From a virus (Duplodnaviria > Heunggongvirae > Uroviricota > Caudoviricetes): a DNA stretch of 64,000 nucleotides. The notes below the pieces were generated by a model. The model had not been told where the DNA came from, did no database searches, and saw only the letters and a program-made list of their open reading frames with translations. Shown one piece after another: positions 9,507 through 19,028 of the stretch. Location: the IMG/VR virus record IMGVR_UViG_3300032303_001313, positions 17,172 to 81,171 of that record; one strand, written 5' to 3'. A program made the translations under genes and the position numbers. Position 1 is the first letter of the stretch. Each line of letters opens with the position of its first letter.

Positions 9507-12500
9507 TCTTAAACAAGTCTGAACTTGTTGCTAATATAAATCAAGATATATCTGATCAAGCATACGGGCAAATCTCCCCATATGATATCAGACATAATCT
9601 GCTTGATATTATAGACTCTATTCATAACCTTACGGGCGATAAGGATTTATTTGCTGCCAATTTTGCTACTATTCCATCCGGCAATACTCAGGTGGGACAA
9701 TTAGCACTAGACTTAATCAAGACTCCCGAATCTAATAATAGTTTCAATACTGCCATTGGATATTCATCACTAAAGTCTAGTTATATTGCTTCTAAGAATA
9801 CGGCGGTTGGTGCTTATGCCCTATCTTGCAATGTTTATGGGGAAGGTAATTCTGCACTTGGTTATCACGCTCTTGCTGGAAATACTGTTGGAAATCTAAA
9901 TGTTGGTATTGGTAGTTTTGCTTTAAACAACAATAAGAGTGGCAATGGTAATATTGCTATCGGTCATGGGGCTGGATATTTTGTTGAAAAGGATGCCAGT
10001 TATAAGTTTTATTTAGCATCACATCCAGTTGATAATAACTACATATGCTCAAATCCAAGTGGTACTGGATTAATACCTCTGTTGTATGGAGATTTATCTG
10101 CAAATATATTAGGTATTGGAGTTAAAACCCTACACAATTTTGGTTCTCTACAAACTGGTGGAGATATCACACCTTCTGGCAACAACATTCTAAACCTAGG
10201 ACATTCTTCATATAAATGGAGAAATTTATTCCTATCTAGTTCTTTACTACTTGGTGATCAAGCATCCTTACTAACAGATAACTCAAGCAATATTCGTGTT
10301 AGTGGATCGCTTGTACCATTAACTAACAATATTTCTACTTTAGGATCGCCCGGTAGAAATTGGATTGCTGGATACTTTACAAACTTGACAGTCGAAGGTA
10401 CTGCGAGTATAAACAATCTAATATCATTAAATACTCAAGCATATTCTAACAAAAATCTTTACTTAGGCGTTAATAGTGGAATTAGTGGAATATATATTGA
10501 TTCTGCTCTTATTGGCGGTGGTTTATACTTAAAGTCAAGTACTAGTAAAGAATATTCTATAACATTTTATCCGGTCGCTTCTGGATTACAATCTTTTAGT
10601 GGAGATAATAGGGCTACTTGGAGAAGTAATGTAAGTTTCCAAATTCCAGAGTCTGGTTATGTAAGATCGGATAGTATACTGTCTTACGATCCAAATTCTT
10701 ATGGATTATTCTTTAATAGTGGAATAACATACTTTTCTCGTAAAGATGTTCTATCTGTAGTTCCAACAAGTAGTGGCGGTCATCTTGCTGGTATCGGTAA
10801 TGTCAATTTTATCTCTAACTCTGGACAGAATACTAACTATACATTATCAGTCTTGTCATTAGAATCTGGAGTTAATGTTAGTCAAAGATTCCTTAGTGGA
10901 GCAAAAGTTAGACAAAAAGATAATCTAAACTCAAATAAAGATAAATTACGCGGATTCGAAATCAAGTATATTGATGACGCTTATATTACAGTAGGAAGTA
11001 ATACAGATAGATTAGTAATTGGTTCATACGACAATACCTCTAAGTTTATCAACGGTGTTGTTCTTATGAAGAATTCTGATGATGGTTCAGTTTTTAGTGT
11101 TACAAATATACCGTCAGTAACAGAAAATATAGTACCAAATACAATCTTCAATGCTAGGTCTAAAAATGATTGCATAGGCCGATTTTCCTCTGAAAACAAT
11201 GGATTTTTTAAGTCTAGCATTCAGTTGCTAACAAATCTAAATTGTGAGTTAAGCGGCGTAGAGTTGGCCTATTTGAACAGAAGCGGCGTTTGCGACTTAA
11301 CAATGTTCAAAGATTCTGGAAGAATCATATATGCCAGACTTAAAGATCAGCAAATAGGCTTTTTATCAAGTGGAGTAACTAATTCTACAATTACGATTGG
11401 TCATAGCGGAATGGCTCAGTTGCCTTCTATTTCGTTAAAAGATAGTTCTTTTGTTTCTAGTACAACAATTACTGGAACGGTTGGTTATGGTAAGATTTAC
11501 AATACCCAAGATATTAAGCCATATTGTAACCAATCAAATTCTTTATTCTACATTGATGCTTCTGGCAACACTTTCAACCTAGTGGTTAATAAACTAGATA
11601 ACGTTGACGGTAGGGCGGTATACACAGATAATAACAACAATACATTCGCTGGTTATTTGTCCCCGTCTGGTCGCAAGATTAGCGGGTCGATTTTTTCCAA
11701 TACTACTTTTGGTAGTCAAGCACTCTATTCTATAAAATCTGGTTCTGGTAACTTAGCCATTGGTCATAATAGTCTTTATCATCTTGAAAGTGGCATAAAT
11801 AATATAGTTATCGGTAGAGAGTCCGGTAGTGGATTATTAGCATCAAACAAAAACATCATTCTAGGTAATCTAGCATTTAATAGAGCGGGTGCTTTAAGAT
11901 CAACTACTGACAACATTATCATCGGTAATGGTATAGGTTCTAGCCATTCTGGTTCATTTAACTTCGTCGTTGGAAACAAATCCGACGTTATTTTATTAGA
12001 AGGTAAGTTGGGGCCAGAAAATTCTGACAAGAGATTAGTTATGCCAAACGATGGCAAACTCTATCTTAACAATTTAGATAATACAGAAGGTTTATCTTTA
12101 AGAGCAAATATTATAGAAGTCATTGATAGTGGCGGTAGTAATTATCCAGAAAACTCATTGAATTTCTTATTCAGTGGAAATAATACCGCCACCTTATTAA
12201 CTCTTGATCATAATAGCAACCCTATGAGCAATAGCGTTTCTTACGCTGCTCCATCAACAGTTCGCCCGTTCGCAGAACTAAAGGGTGATTTGAAACTAAG
12301 AGGTTCAATAAGATTCAGTGATGGTACATCTCTTGAATCTTCTAGTGGTATTGCTATTGCTACAAACTTAGCCAATAGTGGAATTTCATTAGCAAATATT
12401 GCAAATAGTGGAGTTAACGTCCTTAATAGTATAATGATTGAGGGCTATATGCCAAATGGTATGGCCGCACCTTCTGTAGCATCATCACCAACTAGTGGAT

Positions 12501-12676
12501 TATTAGTAACCAAAAACTCTGCTTGGTCAAACTCTGCATCACTATTCATTTTTAATAGAGATACTACTTCTATAATTCATTCTGGAGCATATGTCGTTGC
12601 TGCTAGAATAAACGGGGAATACAAACCAATTTGGGTAAGCAGAGACAATGCCGACAGTTGTTGCTGCGACGATTAG
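9503..12676 (+). CDS. Large fibre/spike protein with YadA-head-like repeats
   Basis: Two arrays of ~14-aa N(T/S)A(I/V)G..AL repeats; N-terminus shared with ORF 16372; ends SCCCDD. Confidence 0.65.
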   Translation: MILNKSELVANINQDISDQAYGQISPYDIRHNLLDIIDSIHNLTGDKDLFAANFATIPSGNTQVGQLALDLIKTPESNNSFNTAIGYSSLKSSYIASKNTAVGAYALSCNVYGEGNSALGYHALAGNTVGNLNVGIGSFALNNNKSGNGNIAIGHGAGYFVEKDASYKFYLASHPVDNNYICSNPSGTGLIPLLYGDLSANILGIGVKTLHNFGSLQTGGDITPSGNNILNLGHSSYKWRNLFLSSSLLLGDQASLLTDNSSNIRVSGSLVPLTNNISTLGSPGRNWIAGYFTNLTVEGTASINNLISLNTQAYSNKNLYLGVNSGISGIYIDSALIGGGLYLKSSTSKEYSITFYPVASGLQSFSGDNRATWRSNVSFQIPESGYVRSDSILSYDPNSYGLFFNSGITYFSRKDVLSVVPTSSGGHLAGIGNVNFISNSGQNTNYTLSVLSLESGVNVSQRFLSGAKVRQKDNLNSNKDKLRGFEIKYIDDAYITVGSNTDRLVIGSYDNTSKFINGVVLMKNSDDGSVFSVTNIPSVTENIVPNTIFNARSKNDCIGRFSSENNGFFKSSIQLLTNLNCELSGVELAYLNRSGVCDLTMFKDSGRIIYARLKDQQIGFLSSGVTNSTITIGHSGMAQLPSISLKDSSFVSSTTITGTVGYGKIYNTQDIKPYCNQSNSLFYIDASGNTFNLVVNKLDNVDGRAVYTDNNNNTFAGYLSPSGRKISGSIFSNTTFGSQALYSIKSGSGNLAIGHNSLYHLESGINNIVIGRESGSGLLASNKNIILGNLAFNRAGALRSTTDNIIIGNGIGSSHSGSFNFVVGNKSDVILLEGKLGPENSDKRLVMPNDGKLYLNNLDNTEGLSLRANIIEVIDSGGSNYPENSLNFLFSGNNTATLLTLDHNSNPMSNSVSYAAPSTVRPFAELKGDLKLRGSIRFSDGTSLESSSGIAIATNLANSGISLANIANSGVNVLNSIMIEGYMPNGMAAPSVASSPTSGLLVTKNSAWSNSASLFIFNRDTTSIIHSGAYVVAARINGEYKPIWVSRDNADSCCCDD

Positions 12677-12687
12677 GATGAGTAATC

Positions 12688-13098
12688 ATGGGAAAACCAA
12701 ATATAAACTATTTCAAACTCAAAAATATCTACTCTATTTTTACAAACACAACTACAACAAGTCCACCAGTAGAGTATGATTTAGATTTTTTTGTACTTCC
12801 ATCTGGTAATGCTCAACAACCAAATCAACCAACTCTTCCTACTAAGCCACTAAGTAATTGTTTTGTTAAAGTGGCCGATATTGCAGTAAATAATGCCGGT
12901 TGTGATGCTGTACAAATTGAGTTGTCAGATATGATTAATAATTCTTTTGCTATTAGTGGTAGTGGCCTCTATTTTAACTGTTGCGATAAGATTAGTCAAG
13001 ACTACAGTGCTTATATTAATTTGTACTCGTTAGATAGAACTTTATTACAAAGACAACTATTTGCTATAAACACTAACTATGTAGATAATTTGTGTTAA
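12688..13098 (+). CDS. Hypothetical protein (short Thr tract, Cys residues)
   Basis: ORF fills the gap between the fibre and mucin-like genes in the same orientation. Confidence 0.55.
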   Translation: MGKPNINYFKLKNIYSIFTNTTTTSPPVEYDLDFFVLPSGNAQQPNQPTLPTKPLSNCFVKVADIAVNNAGCDAVQIELSDMINNSFAISGSGLYFNCCDKISQDYSAYINLYSLDRTLLQRQLFAINTNYVDNLC

Positions 13099-13099
13099 T

Positions 13100-15133
13100 A
13101 TGTCAAACTATTATGGTTCAATAAATCTTCCTATTGGTTCAAAGTACTCAGTAGATGGATTACTATTAAGAGTAATTCATACTGGAGGATATTTTGACCT
13201 TAAAATGGTTCATACTCAAGACGTTGCGTTAAATAATGGGCAGACGTTTATAACTACGACAGAAAAAAGTACTCTTAATCAAACCATTACGATTAAAGGT
13301 TTTCAACTACTATGGACTAATTTCAATGTAGTGTTGCAGAATACAATACAAGTCACAACTGGTTTGTATATGGAGGATAAGGTTCTTAATACATCTAATG
13401 TTTCTACTATTGATAACGATAGTATAAACTTGCTATCTTATGAAGATGTAACTCTTAACCTGTTTAACAAGAAATTAATAATCACATTTGATAGTTTGTA
13501 TAATAAGCCTAAAAATTGTTGCTATAGTTTTGCTTCATTTAATATTGTTCCAGTTACTACGACTACTACTTCAACAACTACAACTACTACAACAACAACT
13601 AGCACTACCACAACAACTACAACTACCTCAACAACCCCATGCCCATGTTCTAACGATACTCTTGATTGTGTGTCAATTTGTATTGCTAGATGTGCAAGTA
13701 TGGGAATGTCTTATTTAGATTCTGTAACAATTCCATGCGATTGTGATAGTGGAGATAAAGATTGTTATTGTTCTTGTTTTGGAACAACTACTACGGTAGC
13801 ACCAACTACTACTACAACTACACCTGTTCCAACAACTGTACCGCCGACAACCACTACTACAGTAGCACCAACAACTACTACAACTACTACTACGGCTGCT
13901 CCTACAACAACTACTACTACAACTACAGCAGCACCGACAACTACGACTACTACTACAACTGTAGCACCAACAACAACTACGACTACAACTACTACGGCTG
14001 CTCCACTTAACTGTTACTATTGTGATCCACAAAATGGGTGTGTGCCAGTATTCATACCAAATCCCACAGTATCTAATTGTGCAGCATATGGTATGTATAG
14101 TAGTAGTTCTGAGTGCGATGATTGTGCTATTGAAGTATACTGTGATTCAGAGAATGGTTGCATTAATTCTGGAACATTTTCTAAAAAATCGGACAACCCA
14201 AATGGCAAATATGCTTCAAGTTCATCTGATTTTTCACTTTGTAACTATTGTTATAAAGATTATTCGTGCGTTAATTATTCATGTATTGAAATTGGGTTAT
14301 TTTATTGGCATGAAGGCCCGAAGTTTGTTACCGGCATAGTAGATGGTCAGCCGGGAGAGATAAACGTTCCATTAGAAGCCTGTAAGATTATTTGTACCAC
14401 AACAACAACGACTACCACTACTACGACAACTACAACGACTACTACGACAACAACAACTACTACAACTACAACGACTCCAGCCCCCACTACAACAACTACA
14501 ACAACTACTACTTTACCACCACCCACAACTACTACCACAACGACTCCAGCACCAACTACAACTCCATCGCCAACTACAACTCCACCACCTACAACAACGA
14601 CTCCAGCACCAATTGATCCATGTGCAACATCTGGATTATGTCAAGTTGGAGAGAATCTTGGCGTTCCAGTATGTTGTCCATGTGGATCAAGTTATGTTAA
14701 TGGAATGTGTTGTCCAGCAGACGCTGGCGATTGTGAGCCTCCAGACAACCCTTGGCTTCCACCAATTCCTTGTGGCCCATGCAATACTTCTAATTGTGAA
14801 GTATGCTCAGACGGGGTATGTAGGGATAAATGTAATTCTAGTAAATGTTATGGTTGTAATGGTAATGGAGATTGTGTTTACCAATGCGACAGATGTAGTA
14901 CTTGTATAGGAGGTCAATGCGTAGGTTGTGGAGAAGGCGAAGTATGTTGTCCAACCATTAATATAGAAACTAATACTGGGTGCTGGGTTGAATCAGAATT
15001 AATAATAGAAGCACTTATTGGGCCATGTCAAGAAGGTCTAACTTGTTGCCCAGATGGTAATTGTCCATTCCCGAATTATGTTTGCTGTGCGTGGGGAGGT
15101 TGTGCAATGACACCATGTGACTGTCTAATTTGA
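13100..15133 (+). CDS. Mucin-like Thr/Pro-tract protein with three Cys-rich modules
   Basis: Three poly-Thr tracts with mixed ACN codons alternate with Cys-dense modules. No signal peptide visible. Confidence 0.8.
   Translation: MSNYYGSINLPIGSKYSVDGLLLRVIHTGGYFDLKMVHTQDVALNNGQTFITTTEKSTLNQTITIKGFQLLWTNFNVVLQNTIQVTTGLYMEDKVLNTSNVSTIDNDSINLLSYEDVTLNLFNKKLIITFDSLYNKPKNCCYSFASFNIVPVTTTTTSTTTTTTTTTSTTTTTTTTSTTPCPCSNDTLDCVSICIARCASMGMSYLDSVTIPCDCDSGDKDCYCSCFGTTTTVAPTTTTTTPVPTTVPPTTTTTVAPTTTTTTTTAAPTTTTTTTTAAPTTTTTTTTVAPTTTTTTTTTAAPLNCYYCDPQNGCVPVFIPNPTVSNCAAYGMYSSSSECDDCAIEVYCDSENGCINSGTFSKKSDNPNGKYASSSSDFSLCNYCYKDYSCVNYSCIEIGLFYWHEGPKFVTGIVDGQPGEINVPLEACKIICTTTTTTTTTTTTTTTTTTTTTTTTTTTPAPTTTTTTTTTLPPPTTTTTTTPAPTTTPSPTTTPPPTTTTPAPIDPCATSGLCQVGENLGVPVCCPCGSSYVNGMCCPADAGDCEPPDNPWLPPIPCGPCNTSNCEVCSDGVCRDKCNSSKCYGCNGNGDCVYQCDRCSTCIGGQCVGCGEGEVCCPTINIETNTGCWVESELIIEALIGPCQEGLTCCPDGNCPFPNYVCCAWGGCAMTPCDCLI
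13555..13635 (+). repeat. Thr-codon tract 1
   Basis: Run of ACA/ACT/ACC/ACG codons. Confidence 0.9.
13784..14000 (+). repeat. Thr tract 2 with (V/A)AP/VP spacers
   Basis: Repeated T(4-9)-(A/V)-A-P units. Confidence 0.9.
14396..14610 (+). repeat. Thr/Pro tract 3
   Basis: Long uninterrupted Thr run followed by PAP/PPP spacers. Confidence 0.9.
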
Positions 15134-15140
15134 TTTAAAA

Positions 15141-15149
15141 TGCTATAAT
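15141..15149 (+). promoter_or_regulatory. Extended -10 sigma70-type element TGCTATAAT
   Basis: Perfect TGnTATAAT upstream of ORF 15189; no good -35 element at 17 bp. Confidence 0.45.
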
Positions 15150-15188
15150 TAAAGTAGTAAAATTATTTTTTTAAAGAAAGGACTTAAT

Positions 15189-15788
15189 ATGAAACTGAAA
15201 TCAATTGCAACTATTCAACCACCACCATATTCGGATAATACTGGTAAAGTTATTACCCCGAATCTAATTACACTAGATAGTATAGATTTAGTAATAATAG
15301 ATAATACCAAAAACAAAACTGTTATTGCTCAAATCTTACCAATATCTATTACTACTGTAATTTGGAAAGGGGCAGATTACGATTTAATAGGAGATTGGAC
15401 TAAATCTCAGGTAGAAAAGAAACTAGAAGAGTTGATGGGAGATAATCCATCTAAATTCTTACGCTCTCTCTATCCCAAAACCCTAGAAGAAAATCCAAAC
15501 CACCCCGGCACTCAATTATCCAAAATGATTAAGAGTGTTGGTATCCAAATGACAGATAGTTGTTCTTGCAAGCGTCACGCCCTTGAAATGAATGAAAATG
15601 GTAACGATTGGTGCGAAGCAAACATGGATACTATTGTTGGATGGCTTAGAGATGAAGCAAAGACCCGTGGATTGCCATTTATGGACGCTTTAGGAAAAAT
15701 ACTAGTCGGTAGGGCTATTAAAAAGTCTCGTAAGTTATTAGCAAATGAGCCAGTTCCAGATAATGACGAGGAATTAGACACTATTTAG
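15189..15788 (+). CDS. Two-domain hypothetical protein with C-terminal CSC...WCE domain
   Basis: AAGGA RBS. N-terminal domain ends W.G.DYD.IGDWT...VE..L.EL; C-terminal domain PGTQL....CSC......M...G.DWCE.NMDTIVGWLRDEA..RGLPF. Confidence 0.7.
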   Translation: MKLKSIATIQPPPYSDNTGKVITPNLITLDSIDLVIIDNTKNKTVIAQILPISITTVIWKGADYDLIGDWTKSQVEKKLEELMGDNPSKFLRSLYPKTLEENPNHPGTQLSKMIKSVGIQMTDSCSCKRHALEMNENGNDWCEANMDTIVGWLRDEAKTRGLPFMDALGKILVGRAIKKSRKLLANEPVPDNDEELDTI

Positions 15789-15793
15789 TTTTG

Positions 15794-15800
15794 GTGTATA
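15794..15800 (+). promoter_or_regulatory. GTGTATA motif, putative late promoter
   Basis: Intergenic, upstream of ATG 15838. Confidence 0.55.
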
Positions 15801-15837
15801 CTACTCTAGATAAACTACCTTAAAATGGGGACGTACT

Positions 15838-16359
15838 ATGTCTTGGCAAACTCAGATACCACTAATAGTCAGACATTTGATAAACGACCTAGAACAGAAT
15901 AAGTACAAATATTCTGACGAGAGGTTGGAAACGTCTATTTTAGTATCTGCTCAGTTAATATCAATCGAAACAGATTTTATCAATGTATATTCTATTGATA
16001 TTGCTAATAACAATCTTTCGCCAGACCCAACTCACGAACCAATTGATAACGCTTTTATTAACTTAACAGCACTAAAATCGGCTTGTATTATAGTTGGTAG
16101 CGAACTCAAAACAGAAGCATCTAATGCAATTTCTATCAAAGACGGGCCTTCGGCTATAGATTTAAGGGGAGTAGCCTCTACCCTATCTATGCTTTACAAA
16201 GACTTAACTGACAAATACAACAAACTTTTACTAGATTATCGTGCTGGTAATAGTATTGCGGGACACGCTATTCTTAGCCCTTATAGTCCCGCTAGTGATT
16301 ATGTCGCAAGAACTTATAGCAATTTCGATCCAAGAGGCGGCGGTTACTTTAGGTATTAA
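15838..16359 (+). CDS. Head-tail adaptor (gp6/gp15-like neck protein)
   Basis: 173 aa, predicted helical; VRHLIND....Y.YSDERL start resembles connector proteins; position after the capsid region. Confidence 0.55.
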   Translation: MSWQTQIPLIVRHLINDLEQNKYKYSDERLETSILVSAQLISIETDFINVYSIDIANNNLSPDPTHEPIDNAFINLTALKSACIIVGSELKTEASNAISIKDGPSAIDLRGVASTLSMLYKDLTDKYNKLLLDYRAGNSIAGHAILSPYSPASDYVARTYSNFDPRGGGYFRY

Positions 16360-16371
16360 TGGAGGTTTGAG

Positions 16372-17277
16372 ATGACTGTTAGATCAAAAGATGGGTTAAC
16401 TAGTACAATTGGGGCAAGAATTCCAGATAATAATGCTGGTTTAATTTCAGCATCAGATGTTAGAAATTCTATGCTAGATATTGTAGACTCAATTAATCAA
16501 GTTGTTGCAAGTGGAAATTTCAACTCAGAAACACCATTCGTAAACCCTACTAGATTCAAAAGTATGGTTTACATGGAATCTGGAGTAAACTTCCCGAATG
16601 GTGGAGGTACTCAGTATGTACCATATCCCGGCCCGAGCGGAATTTCTCACAATAATCTTTCTAATTTAGATGTTGGCGATCCTCACGCCCAATATTTACC
16701 AACAAATGGAACTAGACGCATGACCAATAATTTTGGTCTAGGTCAATACTGGATCAATTCTAGCGGTAGTGCTGACCCGTCCAGTACTGGAAGAGGATTA
16801 AGATTTGCATTTACTGCTTCTCCTAGCGACGAAGAGGCTCAAGTTGGAAGCGGTACATCTTTTAGATTTCTAAGAGATAATTCTAGACTAAATTCAGCAC
16901 GGGGAGCAGCAAAGGCTTGGATTAACTTTGATGCTAGTGGATCGATGGTTGTTAGAGATGCTTATAACGTATCCGGTATTCAAAGATTGGATGCTGGAAA
17001 ATTCAAGATTATTTTCAACTCTGGAGTTTTTGCTAACAACAACTATGTTGCTATTGGGTCTAGTAACTCGACTTCTAGTAGCGGCAGTAGAGAAGACTTT
17101 TCAAACAATACTGTAGGTATTGTGCTTAGAGAAGGAAATGATGCATCTGCACTAAGATCGCTTACTTTCGTAGTTAGGGACGATGGTGGTCAATACGTTA
17201 ATGCTAAGATGAATGATTTAGTAGTATTTGGTACTGAACCAAATGGAGTTTCACCCACTGTTAACATTATTCCATGA
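16372..17277 (+). CDS. Short fibre/virion protein
   Basis: N-terminus is paralogous to ORF 9503; SHNNLSNL..GDPHAQYL motif; C-terminal AKAWINFD......RDAYNVSGI.....GKFKI.F fibre-tip domain. Confidence 0.65.
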   Translation: MTVRSKDGLTSTIGARIPDNNAGLISASDVRNSMLDIVDSINQVVASGNFNSETPFVNPTRFKSMVYMESGVNFPNGGGTQYVPYPGPSGISHNNLSNLDVGDPHAQYLPTNGTRRMTNNFGLGQYWINSSGSADPSSTGRGLRFAFTASPSDEEAQVGSGTSFRFLRDNSRLNSARGAAKAWINFDASGSMVVRDAYNVSGIQRLDAGKFKIIFNSGVFANNNYVAIGSSNSTSSSGSREDFSNNTVGIVLREGNDASALRSLTFVVRDDGGQYVNAKMNDLVVFGTEPNGVSPTVNIIP

Positions 17278-19028
17278 TTAACCTCTACGATAGAATAAAA
17301 GAGTCTACTTATACTATCGGAACCGGCGACATATCACTATATGGGGCCGTCAGGGGATTTTCTACATTTTCATCAGTATATTCTAATAGTGGAGAGTTAT
17401 TTTACGCCATTACTGATGGTACTAACTATGAAATTGGTTCTGGCCTATATCTTTCTTCTCCAAACGCTATAAAGCGTTATCCATTTAAGTCTAGTAATAG
17501 CAACAATCTTGTTAACTTTACTGAGGGATTTAAAGAGGTTTATGTAACTTGTCCAGCGACCAACTTAGTATTTAATACGTCTGGCATTTCTACTACACCA
17601 AGAAATAGCGGAGTAGCATTTTGGCAGTCAGAAAATTCAGTATCTTATAGCGATAAGTTGGTATTCAATTCTAGTCTAGGTAGATTGGGCGTAAATAACA
17701 CTAACCCATCATTTGCAGTAGATGTTGGTGGAAATTTAGCAAGTTCGCAGATTAGATCATCTGGTTTTGTTGTTGGTAAGTCTGGAGTCTTTTTCCCGTC
17801 TGGAAATAACGGAGTATCTTCTTATTCTGGAGGTAGACAGTTAGTTCATTTTGAAACAAACCAGTTAGTATCTCCACTAACTAATGTTTTACAGTTGAGC
17901 GGCGTAGTAAATCAACACATTTCTCTCAAACAGCAAAACGCCAACATGGTATTTGCTGGCCCTTCTGGCGGTTGTGGAAGCCCGCCCTGTAATCCAAACT
18001 TCCCATCTTTTAGATATCTTGTAGAAGATGATATCCCTGATTTATCTCATCTATATGGGGTTTTATCAAAGACTATTTGTGATGGAAGATTGTCTTTAAG
18101 TTCTACAGAATCTGTATTTAGTGGATCAGGAACAATACTTCACTACGCCCCACATAATGGTAATCAAATTACTTTATACAACGGTCAGCAATGGCAAACT
18201 CTTGCATTCTCAAGTCAAGTAGTAGTTAACTTTACTTCTTTATCCGCAAATACGATATATGACGTTTTTGCTTATATTGATAATGATGTATTAACTTTTG
18301 AAACAGTACCTTGGATTATGTTCAATTCAAATTGGGAAAGTTTAGAACTTACTCCAGAAGTTTCTAAGAGGTCTATTAATCTTGTTAAGTTTCAAGGTAT
18401 ATTGTCAAAAACGGGAGATAGTACTAAAAGATATATAGGTTCTTTTAAAACAACTAGTGTCGGCTTTGCAGATACGAATATTTTAAGATTAATCTATAAT
18501 CAGTATAACAAAGTAAATAAAATCGTTTTTTCTAATTTAGATTATGATGGAGAAGTCAGTTTTGAGTGGACATACACTTCTACTGGAGGTGTTAGATATA
18601 TACCATACATTCAGCCAGTTGAAATACTAAACGGTTATGATTCTTATGTAGATTTAAAAGCAGTTCTGAATGCTTATGTTTCGTCAATAAACACAGAATA
18701 TGTATTAGGTATAGTCAGAAGTCCAGAAATTTATTATCATGCAGAATCTAGTAATTATGGCGATATAATTGAATTCATAAATAATAGTGGATTTACTACA
18801 CAATATAGTTCAGTAATACTTATAGGTTCTGATGGCTATATTACGACCGATAATATTTCTGGCACATATATAGATAATATCAAAAAAACATTACAGGCTT
18901 CTATTTATTATAAGCCATTGGGATATGAAAAATTTTATGCTACTGAAATAACGCTAGCAGGCTCACCAATTATGTCGCATGACAGCACTCAAGGTACTTA
19001 TGGCATTATGGGAACATATTCATGTTAG
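17274..19028 (+). CDS. Fibre protein
   Basis: N-terminal DRIKES.YT.GTG...L.GAV.GF.TF...YAITDG..YEIG.G; FAGP.....P.FR.LV..DIP; CDGRLSL...HYAPHNGNQI.LYNG...ANT.YDVF modules common in phage fibres. Confidence 0.7.
   Translation: MINLYDRIKESTYTIGTGDISLYGAVRGFSTFSSVYSNSGELFYAITDGTNYEIGSGLYLSSPNAIKRYPFKSSNSNNLVNFTEGFKEVYVTCPATNLVFNTSGISTTPRNSGVAFWQSENSVSYSDKLVFNSSLGRLGVNNTNPSFAVDVGGNLASSQIRSSGFVVGKSGVFFPSGNNGVSSYSGGRQLVHFETNQLVSPLTNVLQLSGVVNQHISLKQQNANMVFAGPSGGCGSPPCNPNFPSFRYLVEDDIPDLSHLYGVLSKTICDGRLSLSSTESVFSGSGTILHYAPHNGNQITLYNGQQWQTLAFSSQVVVNFTSLSANTIYDVFAYIDNDVLTFETVPWIMFNSNWESLELTPEVSKRSINLVKFQGILSKTGDSTKRYIGSFKTTSVGFADTNILRLIYNQYNKVNKIVFSNLDYDGEVSFEWTYTSTGGVRYIPYIQPVEILNGYDSYVDLKAVLNAYVSSINTEYVLGIVRSPEIYYHAESSNYGDIIEFINNSGFTTQYSSVILIGSDGYITTDNISGTYIDNIKKTLQASIYYKPLGYEKFYATEITLAGSPIMSHDSTQGTYGIMGTYSC

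Noticed and set aside
13555-14610. Possible CRISPR array or DNA-level tandem repeat
   Set aside because: No constant repeat-spacer structure; codon-level variation shows a protein repeat.
13488-14909. Overlapping alternative-frame and antisense ORFs (Tyr/Asn-, Gln/Leu-, Ser/Cys-, Val-rich)
   Set aside because: They are frame shadows of the ACN Thr tracts, which lack stops in other frames; no RBS.
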